A stretch of 49,911 bases of DNA from a bacterium (GCA_021161645.1 JAGHAC010000046.1:1-49911), one strand, 5' to 3'. Positions 1 to 10,095 are shown, counted from the stretch's first letter. Made by a program: numbers and translations. The notes: generated by a model from the letters alone, not told the origin.

Positions 1-3
1 GAA

Positions 4-768
4 ATGTATAGCTCTTACCATCCCAAGATGAGTCCTAGAAAATATCGCTTCAAATTGAATAATCAGATATTTATTGTTTTTTCTCTATTAGTATTGGGAG
101 TTTTTAGTTTTTATGCTCAAGGAGTTTTTGGAGTAATAGATTCTGGAGGGGGAGGGGGAGGCAATGTATCCCTATTTCTTTATATTGAAAATCCTACAAT
201 TTTTGTTGGTAATAGTGTTGCCGGAACTGCTACTGTAAAAATATATGGAGAGAAAGCTCTTTCTTGTAACACCACCGTGAATTTTGGTGAGAGGTCGGGA
301 GATACTAAAAATATGTTAAGCTTTAATTGTGAATACAATCCGCAAGAAAACGCCGGGTCTAAATTCACAGAATGTTCCCAAACTTTTTCTTATCTTTACA
401 AAGATGAGGGTGAATATAAAATTCATATGAAAACTGATTGTGGCACCACATCATATGAGAGATTCCACACTGTTAAAGTAATCGCTCGTCCGACCACGGG
501 TATCTCTGGCATAGAGTCTCCTATTCAAAGCACCACTATTGAGGAATTACTTGAGCGTATAGGAACAATACTACAAAACATTATTATTGCCTTGGGGATT
601 TTTGTATTAATCATAGCCGGCTATTATTTTATGGCTGCTGGGACTAACCCTCGATATGTTTTAAAGGCAAAAAGAATTATAGTTTGGGTATTTGTAGCGC
701 TAGGTATTGCTATACTCGCAAAAGGAATTATCTTTTTTATTACCCATATGTTTTCTTCATCTTCTTAA
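4..768 (+). CDS. Membrane protein with an extracellular beta-rich (PKD/Ig-like) region and a C-terminal VirB2/TrbC-like (T4SS pilin) two-helix domain
   Basis: N-terminal hydrophobic segment and poly-Gly linker. The C-terminal hairpin 'IIAGYYFMAAGTNPRYVLKAKRIIVWVFVALGI' matches the pilin-like segments of ORFs 7818 and 10096. Lies directly upstream of the VirB6-like gene. Start codon uncertain. Confidence 0.6.
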   Translation: MYSSYHPKMSPRKYRFKLNNQIFIVFSLLVLGVFSFYAQGVFGVIDSGGGGGGNVSLFLYIENPTIFVGNSVAGTATVKIYGEKALSCNTTVNFGERSGDTKNMLSFNCEYNPQENAGSKFTECSQTFSYLYKDEGEYKIHMKTDCGTTSYERFHTVKVIARPTTGISGIESPIQSTTIEELLERIGTILQNIIIALGIFVLIIAGYYFMAAGTNPRYVLKAKRIIVWVFVALGIAILAKGIIFFITHMFSSSS

Positions 769-771
769 ATT

Positions 772-2982
772 ATGAGAAAAAAAATTACTATTTTCTTATT
801 TCTTGTTCTCACTCTTCTCTTTGCTCCTCATTTAACCCAGGCGGCGTCTGTTTTAGGAATACTCGGAAGCATCTTGGCTATTGTCTTATCACCTGTAATA
901 GCAGTTTTTACTTTAATTACCCGTCTTTTTTTTGTCTGGTCTGCCACTGTTCTAGTTTGGGTAGCGAATCCTTCTTTTATAAAAGTTTCTTTTACGAGAA
1001 ATGAATTTGTTCAGGAAGGATGGACTATTACTAGAGACTTCACTTATATGTTTTTCCTTCTTATCTTGGTCGCAATAGGTTTTGCTACCGCTCTCAGAAT
1101 TAAGGGTTACGAAGTAAGCAAAACCCTTCCTCGCCTGATAGGAGTTGCTCTCCTAATTAATTTTACGCCCGTGATATGCGGCGTAGTCATTGATGCTAGC
1201 AATATTTTTATGAACTTCTTTCTTTCTGCTGGTGGAGCTGGATATTCGGGCATCATAAACACAATAACCGATCTAGCAAAAAACGTAGCCGATGCTCTTT
1301 ATACTTCATCTGCAAGAAATCTCTTAAATGGTCAACTCTTATTTCAAGGATTAGGAATTATTCTTTTTAATATTATGGGAGCGTTCGTGATGATCTTGAT
1401 GGCAGGATTGTTCTTAATAAGATATATGGCTTTGTGGACCTTGGTTATTTTATCTCCCTTGGGTTTTGCTGCTCTTATCTTACCCTCTACCCAAAAATAT
1501 TGGGGAATATGGTGGAAACAATTTCTTAACTGGTGTTTTGTAGGGGTAGGAGCTTCTTTTTTTCTTTACCTTTCTCAAAAAATGGCTGAATTTGTGCATA
1601 GTTACATTGCTGTTCCGCCTACAGAAAGTACTGCTCTGGGATTATTATTGGTTAGATTCTTACCTCTTATATTTTTAGTAATTGGCTTCTTTGCCACTAC
1701 TAACGCCTCTGCTATGGGAGCTAGTCAGACGCTTAATTTTATGAAAAAACAAATAGGGCGGGCTAGAAAAAAAATTATTGAACCTAGAACTAAAGATTTC
1801 CTTCGAGCATATCAGGAAAAAGTGCTGGGTCGCCCAAAAGTAAGACAAGCGATGCAAAAACTTCAAACCCTCCGCCCTCCTCAAAAATTCGGAAAAGCAG
1901 GGAAAGTTCTTGCTCCTGCTACTTGGACAATAAGGAAGCTTTCGCAGGGAACTAGCTATGTTACCGGCACCCCCGAGTCAACCCTTGCATATTTCACACG
2001 AGACAAAAAAGGTCTAGAAAGCTCCTCATATCCCGCCCTTGTAAGCACATTAACTGCCTCAGGTGCAACCGTGCCGCTTTCTAAAAAATTAGCCGCTCTC
2101 TCAATTTTACAAGAACGAGGACAACTTAAAGAGGCAATTAAAAACGGTCTTATTTCTCCAGAGCAAGTATTAAATATTTTATCTGGCATCTACAAACACA
2201 GAGCTCTTTCCAAAAAACATAAAAAAGTAATAGAAGGTCTAGAGCGCTCCCTCTATCTTCAGACAAAGGACCAAAAACAAAGAGATAATATTCTAGCTCG
2301 TATTGTCAGAAACAGGGCAGCAGGTGAGGGTAAAACAGTCGAGGAATGGGAAGCAGAAAATATTAAGGGTAAAGGGTACCGCGATTACGAGCAGATAATT
2401 CTTACCTCTCTTAAAACACCTGAAGACATCGAATCTTTTGCCGGTAAACTAAAGGAAGGAATGGTTGAGAAGTTCTTAGAAAAAGCATCTCCATCCCAAG
2501 TAAGAAAATGGGCAGAAAACTTAGGAAATGAATTTAACAATTTATACAGCAAAATACTTAATGAAAAAGGTGCTGCTTGGCTTGCTGAAATTGATTCCAA
2601 CACTAATAATCCTCGAAACCTTCCTCTGTTAAAATATGCTGTAAGCACTGCAGCTCAGGCATATTTACCTACTCCTCATAAATTCGAAGAAACCGCTGTA
2701 AACTTTGTAGTGAAAAAAGCGCAGGAATATTCTTCTAAGATCCGGGGTGCCGGCAAGAATACTTCTCAGCTGAAAAGTCTTCTAACAAATCTAGAACGAG
2801 AAAAAAATAGCATCTTGTCAAATCCAAAATTAACTGACGAACAAAAAGGCATTTATGAATCATTCTTTGACTCCTATGGAAAGGCTATAAGAGATTTAAT
2901 TCGCAGCCAACAGACAGAAACAGACAGCGGTGGAACAAGATATGGCGATGGTTCTGGTGGCGGTGGTCGATATCCACAATAA
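772..2982 (+). CDS. VirB6/TrbL-like polytopic membrane protein with a long soluble C-terminal tail
   Basis: About 320 aa multi-TM region with 'LIGVALLINFT' and 'RYMALWTLVILSPLGFAALILP..YWGIWWKQF', typical of VirB6-like proteins in monoderm/CPR T4SS loci. Clustered with PrgI and VirB4. Confidence 0.7.
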   Translation: MRKKITIFLFLVLTLLFAPHLTQAASVLGILGSILAIVLSPVIAVFTLITRLFFVWSATVLVWVANPSFIKVSFTRNEFVQEGWTITRDFTYMFFLLILVAIGFATALRIKGYEVSKTLPRLIGVALLINFTPVICGVVIDASNIFMNFFLSAGGAGYSGIINTITDLAKNVADALYTSSARNLLNGQLLFQGLGIILFNIMGAFVMILMAGLFLIRYMALWTLVILSPLGFAALILPSTQKYWGIWWKQFLNWCFVGVGASFFLYLSQKMAEFVHSYIAVPPTESTALGLLLVRFLPLIFLVIGFFATTNASAMGASQTLNFMKKQIGRARKKIIEPRTKDFLRAYQEKVLGRPKVRQAMQKLQTLRPPQKFGKAGKVLAPATWTIRKLSQGTSYVTGTPESTLAYFTRDKKGLESSSYPALVSTLTASGATVPLSKKLAALSILQERGQLKEAIKNGLISPEQVLNILSGIYKHRALSKKHKKVIEGLERSLYLQTKDQKQRDNILARIVRNRAAGEGKTVEEWEAENIKGKGYRDYEQIILTSLKTPEDIESFAGKLKEGMVEKFLEKASPSQVRKWAENLGNEFNNLYSKILNEKGAAWLAEIDSNTNNPRNLPLLKYAVSTAAQAYLPTPHKFEETAVNFVVKKAQEYSSKIRGAGKNTSQLKSLLTNLEREKNSILSNPKLTDEQKGIYESFFDSYGKAIRDLIRSQQTETDSGGTRYGDGSGGGGRYPQ

Positions 2983-3014
2983 AGGGGCTGCTTTAAAGCG
3001 GCCCCTCTTCTTTT
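2983..3014. terminator. Intrinsic terminator between convergent genes
   Basis: AGGGGCTGC-TTTAAA-GCGGCCCCT stem-loop followed by CTTCTTTT, lying between two convergent stop codons. Confidence 0.75.
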
Positions 3015-4155
3015 AGCCCTTATTTTGGGAACTTTGAAGTTTTTGGGCGAGATATTTTACCAAAGGAGTGATTATCTCTGTAAGCTGAGAAATGATAGGC
3101 TCCAGGGCCACAACCCATTGCTTTTGCTCTGCTGCCGTACCAAGTTTTTCCAAAATTAACGCCTGATCAAGAGCTTTTCTTTTCCCCATTCCTGCTTCTC
3201 CGAGAATTTCAGCCGATTGGACTACAGGACGAACCCTCATTGTAGCTTCTTCTAGCGCCCTATAGGTTGCTGCTTCTGCTGCTCTGCGAGCAACAAGTGG
3301 TTCTTGACGTGCTTTTTCTATGTTTTCTGGCAATTCTTGGCCTGTAAATTTTGCCGAAACTATTTTTATGCCCATGTCGGCTGCCTGGCTCTGTATCTGT
3401 TCGAGTTCTTTACATATAGTCTCGTGGATTATCGACACCGTCTTGATTCTTTGTTTCTCTAGTTCAAGTTCATCTAATAGGGGTTGGAGTAATGTTGATT
3501 TCGATGCCCCTAGCTCGATTTCTCTTTTCAAGCTTGCAATCCTTTCTTCCAAATTTCTGATTTTTACTTGGTCGATTCCGGGCGATTCTTTGATTCTTTC
3601 AAGTAAATCCCCCAGAATCATTCCACTATCCACAGCTTCTCTTACAGTGAATGTCTGAACAAAGCGCGGCAACAGACTTTCAAACGCATCTCTCACCCAC
3701 TCCCTCCAAAACTTTACATTGTATATTACCCTTTGGGGATTATCCGGATCTATTGTTATGTACACTATAGGGTATCTAGGAATAACTGAACCATCAACCA
3801 GGTCTAACTCATATGTTTGTTCGGTAAATAATTCGATAGGCTGTATTCGTATGTCCACTCTTTCTCTGACTGTATCTACAAAAGGCAACTTAAAATTCCA
3901 ACCTGGGAAAAACACTCTATGGAACTTTCCAAGACGCTCTATTATCCAGCGTTCCGGCTCTTCTACTATCACAATACAAAACAAATATAAGGCGCCTGTT
4001 ATAAGAAAAATTCCGCCAAGAATAGGCGCTATACCAAAATAGATCCCCTGAACCGCGACGAGAATTCCTAAAATCAATAAAGTGATCCTTGCTATCCCCA
4101 GCCAACGCCTCTGTCTTTCGATGCTAGTTAATTGTTTCTCTTCCTTTTCAGCCAT
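3013..4155 (-). CDS. SPFH/band 7 (stomatin/HflK-like) membrane protein
   Basis: Two N-terminal TM helices, then 'IVEEPERWIIERLGKFHRVFFPGWNFKLPFVD', the classic SPFH start. Start placed at 4155 because GGAGG lies 7 nt upstream; the ORF track starts at 4170. Confidence 0.8.
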   Translation of the reverse strand: MAEKEEKQLTSIERQRRWLGIARITLLILGILVAVQGIYFGIAPILGGIFLITGALYLFCIVIVEEPERWIIERLGKFHRVFFPGWNFKLPFVDTVRERVDIRIQPIELFTEQTYELDLVDGSVIPRYPIVYITIDPDNPQRVIYNVKFWREWVRDAFESLLPRFVQTFTVREAVDSGMILGDLLERIKESPGIDQVKIRNLEERIASLKREIELGASKSTLLQPLLDELELEKQRIKTVSIIHETICKELEQIQSQAADMGIKIVSAKFTGQELPENIEKARQEPLVARRAAEAATYRALEEATMRVRPVVQSAEILGEAGMGKRKALDQALILEKLGTAAEQKQWVVALEPIISQLTEIITPLVKYLAQKLQSSQNKG

Positions 4156-4200
4156 TTTTATTCCTCCCATTTACTTTTTGAAGGTTCTTCTTACTAATAA

Positions 4201-4230
4201 AGTATACCATAATTAAGTCTCTCTTGTCAA
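4201..4230 (-). promoter_or_regulatory. Sigma70-type promoter for the SPFH gene
   Basis: Minus strand reads TTGACA-18 nt-TATACT, with a TG extended -10. Confidence 0.6.
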
Positions 4231-4272
4231 ACCTTACTTATTGTCTTTGTTTTCAAAATTATGATAAAATAA

Positions 4273-4281
4273 TGATATAAT
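4273..4281 (+). promoter_or_regulatory. Extended -10 promoter element for the prgI-virB4 operon
   Basis: TGATATAAT lies 20 nt upstream of the ATG at 4302. Confidence 0.5.
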
Positions 4282-4301
4282 GTAACACATAAACAAATTT
4301 T

Positions 4302-4616
4302 ATGGAGCTATCATCTCAAACATATTGGAAAGCATATCAAAAACTTCCCCCTGTGCTTAAGGAAATGATTTTTTCGCCAGATACAGCAGAGGCCATTTGG
4401 GGTATAGCAAAAATTTGTGAGATAGACCGCACTGCCACCTTGGCGAAAATTATAGGAGATGTGCTCTCTGGCTTCCTTCCTCCCGAAAAATTTAAAGAAG
4501 CTGCTCAAAAGCAATTGGGCCTAGACGAGGAAAAAGCAAAAAAGCTTGAAATATATGTTAACCATTACATTTTTGATTTGGTAAGAGACGAACTTAATCA
4601 ACTATACGCTGAATAA
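4302..4616 (+). CDS. Hypothetical helical protein, first gene of the prgI-virB4 operon
   Basis: 104-aa ORF with an ATG start, 2 nt from the next gene. Confidence 0.65.
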   Translation: MELSSQTYWKAYQKLPPVLKEMIFSPDTAEAIWGIAKICEIDRTATLAKIIGDVLSGFLPPEKFKEAAQKQLGLDEEKAKKLEIYVNHYIFDLVRDELNQLYAE

Positions 4617-4618
4617 AT

Positions 4619-5035
4619 ATGGAGTATCCTCTTCCTCAATTTTTGGAAATCAAACCAAAGGTCGCCGGGCCCCTTACCCTACGCCAATTATTATATTTTG
4701 CCGGCGCCCTAATTTTCCTTTTATATTTCTACTTTACTAAATCCCCGGGGGTTTTTCTTCTGATAGCTATACCTGTTATTGGGGCAACCTTTATTTTGGC
4801 GTTTGTAAAAGTAAAAGGTTATCCCATTCCTACGCTAATCCTCCGAGCTATCGGCTACTCTATCAAAGAAAAAGTTTATGTTTGGAGAAAAATCTCTACG
4901 CCCACGCCAACTCTTCCAAGAATCGGGGTTGGAAAACCAATTAAAAAAGAAACAAACAAGGTAATTCCTAAAATAGGCCCTTCAAAAAGCAAACTAAAGG
5001 AATTATCTAAATTAGTTGAAATTCATCCAAGATAA
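4619..5035 (+). CDS. PrgI-family (VirB3-like) membrane protein
   Basis: 'YPLPQFLEIKPKVAGPLTLRQLLY' followed by two TM helices, upstream of VirB4. Confidence 0.8.
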   Translation: MEYPLPQFLEIKPKVAGPLTLRQLLYFAGALIFLLYFYFTKSPGVFLLIAIPVIGATFILAFVKVKGYPIPTLILRAIGYSIKEKVYVWRKISTPTPTLPRIGVGKPIKKETNKVIPKIGPSKSKLKELSKLVEIHPR

Positions 5036-5037
5036 AT

Positions 5038-5679
5038 ATGCCTTTTTTTTCTACAGGAAGCGCCCAAGTGCTTCTTCCGATTAAACAAATTCGCGATGGA
5101 ATTATCATAATGCGAGACAATAGTCTGCGGGGAATATTAATGGTTTCTTCCATTAATTTTGAACTTAGGTCTTATGAAGAGCAGGAAGCTATTATCTTTC
5201 AATTTCAAAATTTCTTGAACTCCTTAGATTTTTCCTGTCAAATATTAGTCAATTCTCGCAAAATTAACATTACCGGCTACCTTGACCTTCTCAAAAGAGC
5301 AGAAGAAACACAAACTAATTCTCTTTTGAAGCAACAGATTATTGAATATAGAAAATTTATTGATCAATTAGTCGCGGGTGGTTCAATAATGAATAAAAAT
5401 TTCTATTTAATTATTCCTTTCTTTTTGGGTGAGAAAAAGAAAACCGATATATTTCGCCTCAAAACAATCCCTCGTCTTACCGAAGAACTCTATCAGCAAT
5501 ACAGGAGACATCTTTATCAAAGAATGGAATTTTTGGCCTTAGGATTAAGAAGATGTGCCCTTTGGGCAATGCCTTTGAAAACCGAAGAAATTATAGAACT
5601 TTTGTGGAGTTATTATCATCCCAAAGAAGCACAGGTTGGATATTATCCTGAGATCCCTCCTGAACTAATTATTGGTTAA
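5038..5679 (+). CDS. TraC/VirB4 N-terminal-domain-like T4SS accessory protein
   Basis: 'IRDGIIIM..SSINFELRSYEEQEAII..FLNSLDFSCQIL' pattern, located between PrgI and VirB4. Confidence 0.7.
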   Translation: MPFFSTGSAQVLLPIKQIRDGIIIMRDNSLRGILMVSSINFELRSYEEQEAIIFQFQNFLNSLDFSCQILVNSRKINITGYLDLLKRAEETQTNSLLKQQIIEYRKFIDQLVAGGSIMNKNFYLIIPFFLGEKKKTDIFRLKTIPRLTEELYQQYRRHLYQRMEFLALGLRRCALWAMPLKTEEIIELLWSYYHPKEAQVGYYPEIPPELIIG

Positions 5680-5681
5680 TT

Positions 5682-7457
5682 ATGTCTTTCTCTTTTCTCA
5701 AAAACATTATTCCCTCCCGTCCTCAACCTCAAGCAATGACTCTGCTGGATTTTATTGCTCCGCCCGCAATAAAGGTAGGCTCAAACTACATTCAAATAGG
5801 CGAAAAACTTGCTCGTTCATATTTCATCTTTTCTTTTCCTCGATATTTAACCACCGGATGGCTTTCTCCGTTAATTAATCTTGATGTCCCTCTTGATATA
5901 TCTATTTTTCTTCATCCAATAGACACGGGTTTAGTTTTAAAAAAACTTAGAAAGAAAGTAACTCAGATTCAGTCGGAAATTATGGAAAAAGAAGAGAAAG
6001 GATTGATTAGAGATCCTGTACTAGAAACGGCTTATAGAGACGCCGAAGTTTTAAGAGATCGCTTACAAACCGCCCAAGAAAGAATGTTTGATGTAGGCAT
6101 TTACATAAATGTTTATGCTGATTCTGAAAAAGAACTGGAGAAGACCGAGGCTACCATCCGAGCTATTCTTGAATCTAAGCTTGTATATATCAAACCCGCC
6201 CTATACCAACAAGAAAAGGGACTAATTTCGTCGTCACCATATGCCTTAGACCAACTGAATGTGCACACACCGATGAATACCAGCCCTCTCTCTACTCTTT
6301 TCCCTTTTGTTTCCTTTGATTTAAGCTCTAATGAGGGAATTTTATATGGCATTAACCAACACAATAACTCATTAATTTTATTTGATAGATTCAGCCTGGA
6401 AAACGCCAATATGGTTGTTTTTGGTAAATCGGGCGGAGGAAAATCATACGCGGTAAAATTAGAGATTTTGAGATATCTTATGCTAGGCGTTGATGTAATT
6501 GTTATTGATCCGGAAAACGAATATAAATTTTTGTGTGATGCAGTTGGTGGAGGTTTTTATAACATTTCTTTAAAATCGCCAAACCACATTAATCCCTTTG
6601 ATTTACCCGAACCTTTAGAAGACGAAACCCCTGAAGAAGTTCTGAGGTCAAATATTATAAACCTTGTAGGGCTTTTAAGGTTAATGCTTGGGGGTTTAAC
6701 GCCCGAAGAAGATTCTATTATAGAGCAAGCAATAACGGAAACCTACGCTGCGAGAGATATAACTGAGAACACTGATCCTAAATTATGGCCTGAACGACTT
6801 CCTCTTCTTTCTGACTTAGAGTCGGTTCTAGAAACGATGGAGGGAGCAGAATCTCTTGTGCAAAGATTAAGAAAGTTTACTAAAGGGGTCTACTCTGGAT
6901 TCTTCAACTACCCTACAAATATAAAAATGGAGAATAATATGGTGGTTTTCGGAATAAAAAACCTTGAACCGGAATTAAGACCGATGGCGATGTATATTAT
7001 TATGCGTTATATATGGAATACTATCAAAGGAGAGTTAAAGAAAAGAATGCTTGTAATTGATGAGGCTTGGTGGCTCATGCAAAACGAAGATAGCGCCTCT
7101 TTTCTGTTTGGAATAGTAAAGCGAGGAAGAAAGTACTGGCTGGGAACTACCACCATCACTCAAGACGTAAATGACTTTATGAAATCAGAATATGGACAGC
7201 CTATTATCTCAAACTCTTCTCTTCAATTATTAATGAAGCAATCTCCGGCAACAATTGCTGTAGTCCAAAAAACTTTTAACCTCACAGATAACGAAAAGGA
7301 TCTGCTTTTAGAGGCTCCTGTAGGAGAGGGAATCTTTTTTGCCGGCGAAAAACATGTTGCTATAAGGGTAGTTTCCTCTTATACAGAACACCAAATTATT
7401 ACTACTTCTCCTGAAGAGCTGGCAAAAATAAAAGAATTAAAAAAGATTAATCAATGA
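5682..7457 (+). CDS. virB4: VirB4-like conjugation/T4SS ATPase
   Basis: Walker A 'GKSGGGKS', 'VIDPENEY', 'INPFD', Walker B 'LVIDEAW', 'RGRKY' and 'TQD' motifs. Confidence 0.88.
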   Translation: MSFSFLKNIIPSRPQPQAMTLLDFIAPPAIKVGSNYIQIGEKLARSYFIFSFPRYLTTGWLSPLINLDVPLDISIFLHPIDTGLVLKKLRKKVTQIQSEIMEKEEKGLIRDPVLETAYRDAEVLRDRLQTAQERMFDVGIYINVYADSEKELEKTEATIRAILESKLVYIKPALYQQEKGLISSSPYALDQLNVHTPMNTSPLSTLFPFVSFDLSSNEGILYGINQHNNSLILFDRFSLENANMVVFGKSGGGKSYAVKLEILRYLMLGVDVIVIDPENEYKFLCDAVGGGFYNISLKSPNHINPFDLPEPLEDETPEEVLRSNIINLVGLLRLMLGGLTPEEDSIIEQAITETYAARDITENTDPKLWPERLPLLSDLESVLETMEGAESLVQRLRKFTKGVYSGFFNYPTNIKMENNMVVFGIKNLEPELRPMAMYIIMRYIWNTIKGELKKRMLVIDEAWWLMQNEDSASFLFGIVKRGRKYWLGTTTITQDVNDFMKSEYGQPIISNSSLQLLMKQSPATIAVVQKTFNLTDNEKDLLLEAPVGEGIFFAGEKHVAIRVVSSYTEHQIITTSPEELAKIKELKKINQ

Positions 7458-7855
7458 TCCCAGAACCGGAAACGCTTTTAGATTTTCTGGTTGCTATAAT
7501 TTTAGACGCTATAGGAGCGCTCTGTCTTATCATTGATTTAACTGGGCTGGGCACAGTTTTTGGCGAAGCGCTTTCGTTTGTCCCCGATATTATTGGCTTT
7601 TTTTATTTTGGGACAGAGCTACTCTTTAAGACTGTTTTGTCAAACACAATGAGTGATATCTCTTCTGTTCCTACCACTGTCTTAGAAGGAATATCTAACA
7701 AAAACACATCCAGGAAGATTGTTAAGACAACTTTAAAAAGAGTAGCTTCTAGATTTGCTTTGTTTTCTATCTTAGAATTTATTCCTGTCGTGGGAAGTTA
7801 TTTTTTCTGGACTCATTATGTTATCTCAAAATCCAAAATGGATCTTAATTCTTAA
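7454..7855 (+). CDS. Hypothetical membrane protein in the T4SS-like locus
   Basis: Hydrophobic 133-aa ORF whose ATG overlaps the virB4 stop (ATGA). Confidence 0.6.
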   Translation: MIPEPETLLDFLVAIILDAIGALCLIIDLTGLGTVFGEALSFVPDIIGFFYFGTELLFKTVLSNTMSDISSVPTTVLEGISNKNTSRKIVKTTLKRVASRFALFSILEFIPVVGSYFFWTHYVISKSKMDLNS

Positions 7856-10094
7856 CTGCTTGATGGCAATGACTTTGTGCCTAATTGCTGACTCTTTAGT
7901 TTGGGCTACGGATTTAGAGGTAAAATATCCTCGAATTCCCGGAATTACTCCGCCAGAAAGTGTTCAAGTCCCTCTTTCTTTTTACTTAAATTATATTTTT
8001 GAACTCGCTGTTGGCCTTGCAGGTTTTTTGGTATTTTTTCTTCTTATTAGGGCGGGAACTATATATGTTTTTAATTCTTATAACCCTGGCAAAGTAAAAG
8101 AGGCAAAAGAAATTCTTACCTTTGCTTTTGTAGGTTTTGGTATTATCCTTTCTTCTTATCTAATTTTGGCATTAATCAATCCTCAATTAGTTAAATTTCA
8201 TCTCCCCTCTCTAACACCTGCAAAACTAGAACCTATAGAAGAAATTGGCGAAATTCAGGCTCCCTCAATTCCTTTAACCGAAATTCCTGTGGGGACTTTA
8301 ATTACCTCAGAGACCGGGGTTTCTTCTTTTATTTTAACTCCTGGAACAGATCCCCCTTATAATCACCCAAATTATGATAAATATTTTCCTGGAGTAGTAA
8401 AATATCCAACAGATTATCAGGGGGCAATAAATGGAAGAAGGGTTAAAAGAATACATGAAGTTACCCAACACAGCGTACCTATGTCTGGCATAATGGTATT
8501 TCTGGTAGAAAAACTAAAAGGGCTTACTGATAAGTGTGTATGTAGAAATTGTGAATGTATTGCTAAGCAAAGCTGCCGGGCCGGAGAGTGCCAATTAGGT
8601 ATATGTACCTCAGAAACAAGAGCGAGAATAACTTGTGCTCAACTTCAGATTGTTTTCTTTACAGGCGCATATACTGCTTGGCTGGACGGCAACAATATTT
8701 TAGAAAGATATGTAAAAGCCAACCAGGGGCTATTAGTTAAAATCGAGAACTGCGACCCCGAGGGTACAGCAAAAATAATGCAAGCGATAAAGAAAGCAAT
8801 CGAAATTGAAAATAAAGGAACATGGACTCCTAAAACCGACCCGCCAGAGAGAGACGTCCAGCAAAACATCTGGCACCTAGAGAAAATTATTGAGTATTTA
8901 AATAGCGTGAAACTTACCTTAACGCCTGAGATTCCCGGTAACCCCTGCTCCTATGTTTATAGCAACGCTCAAGTTGGAGGAGAAATAGCAAAAGATGTTG
9001 TGCCTATGATCGAAGAAGTCAATGTTATAGAAGACCCTGCTACATTTTACTGTTCTCTCTCTCCATTAAAAATTTTGAGTGATTTGGAATTGCTCCAAAT
9101 TCTCTCTCAAGAATTGGGAAGTTCTGAAGCCCCAAGTACCTGTGACGATATAGTAGAAATCCCTGTAGGAAAAGCGATAGACGAAGCTCTAAAACTTGCC
9201 AATGATATGTTGAGAGAATTAAAAAATATTTGGAAGCAAGGACACCAACAAATTGAATGGGCTTTACAAATGAATGATATTGCTGATAAAATAAAAACAG
9301 AGAACAACTGTTCTGTTTATTGCATTCATAAAGTAAGATGCCTCTTCACTAACCCTGAAACTCACCGTTGTGAGGTCTGTGAGTGTACATGTAAAGAATC
9401 ACCTACCCTTACAGTGCTTCGTCAAAAACTTCAAGATCTCTTAGAGGCCATTAAACAAGCTCATGATAGCATTTTTATGTCTTTTAAAAGAATCAATTCT
9501 AAAGACCCTCTTACAGGACAACGTGTGCCTATTGGTATAGATCGCTGCTGCGTAAAACCATTAGGAGATTGCTTTTTGGAAAACGAGTTCGAAAAGCGGG
9601 ATTACACTCTTAAAGAAAAGCTTCTCGAAGTTCAAAAGCTGCTTGACCGCGCTCGATTATTTAGTACATACGAATTACTGCTTAAACAGCTTGCTAATCT
9701 TAAATCATCGGGTCGCCTATCCGGTCCAGAATATGCTAGATTACCAGACCCAATTAAAGAGTTTAATAAAGTTTTAAGTGCAGAATATGCGAAATACAGA
9801 TATGACCTTACAAACTGTGATGTTCTAACCAAACAGCACATTGAATCAGAAGAAACGGTAGGCCAACTTAATATTTTAGAGAGTTGTTATGTGGCAAAAA
9901 CCATTTATCATTTAAATCCTGAATATTGTCGCTCCAACCCACCTTATAATTGTGATTATTTCAATCCTATTTCCCCTCCAAAACTGAGACAAGGGTTGCT
10001 CTGCTATTGTAACCAACCCCCGGATTTTTCTGAAATTGCTTCTGATTTTTTCTGCTGTGTAAGCGCATCTCATATGTTACAAAAAGAGCGGTAA
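7818..10094 (+). CDS. VirB2-like pilin domain fused to a large Cys-rich extracellular region
   Basis: Signal-like N-terminus and pilin-like hairpin 'LEVKYP...YLNYIFELAVGLAG...AG..Y....NPGKVKEAKE...INPQL', then ~630 aa. About 32 Cys in total. Confidence 0.65.
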   Translation: MLSQNPKWILILNCLMAMTLCLIADSLVWATDLEVKYPRIPGITPPESVQVPLSFYLNYIFELAVGLAGFLVFFLLIRAGTIYVFNSYNPGKVKEAKEILTFAFVGFGIILSSYLILALINPQLVKFHLPSLTPAKLEPIEEIGEIQAPSIPLTEIPVGTLITSETGVSSFILTPGTDPPYNHPNYDKYFPGVVKYPTDYQGAINGRRVKRIHEVTQHSVPMSGIMVFLVEKLKGLTDKCVCRNCECIAKQSCRAGECQLGICTSETRARITCAQLQIVFFTGAYTAWLDGNNILERYVKANQGLLVKIENCDPEGTAKIMQAIKKAIEIENKGTWTPKTDPPERDVQQNIWHLEKIIEYLNSVKLTLTPEIPGNPCSYVYSNAQVGGEIAKDVVPMIEEVNVIEDPATFYCSLSPLKILSDLELLQILSQELGSSEAPSTCDDIVEIPVGKAIDEALKLANDMLRELKNIWKQGHQQIEWALQMNDIADKIKTENNCSVYCIHKVRCLFTNPETHRCEVCECTCKESPTLTVLRQKLQDLLEAIKQAHDSIFMSFKRINSKDPLTGQRVPIGIDRCCVKPLGDCFLENEFEKRDYTLKEKLLEVQKLLDRARLFSTYELLLKQLANLKSSGRLSGPEYARLPDPIKEFNKVLSAEYAKYRYDLTNCDVLTKQHIESEETVGQLNILESCYVAKTIYHLNPEYCRSNPPYNCDYFNPISPPKLRQGLLCYCNQPPDFSEIASDFFCCVSASHMLQKER

Positions 10095-10095
10095 T

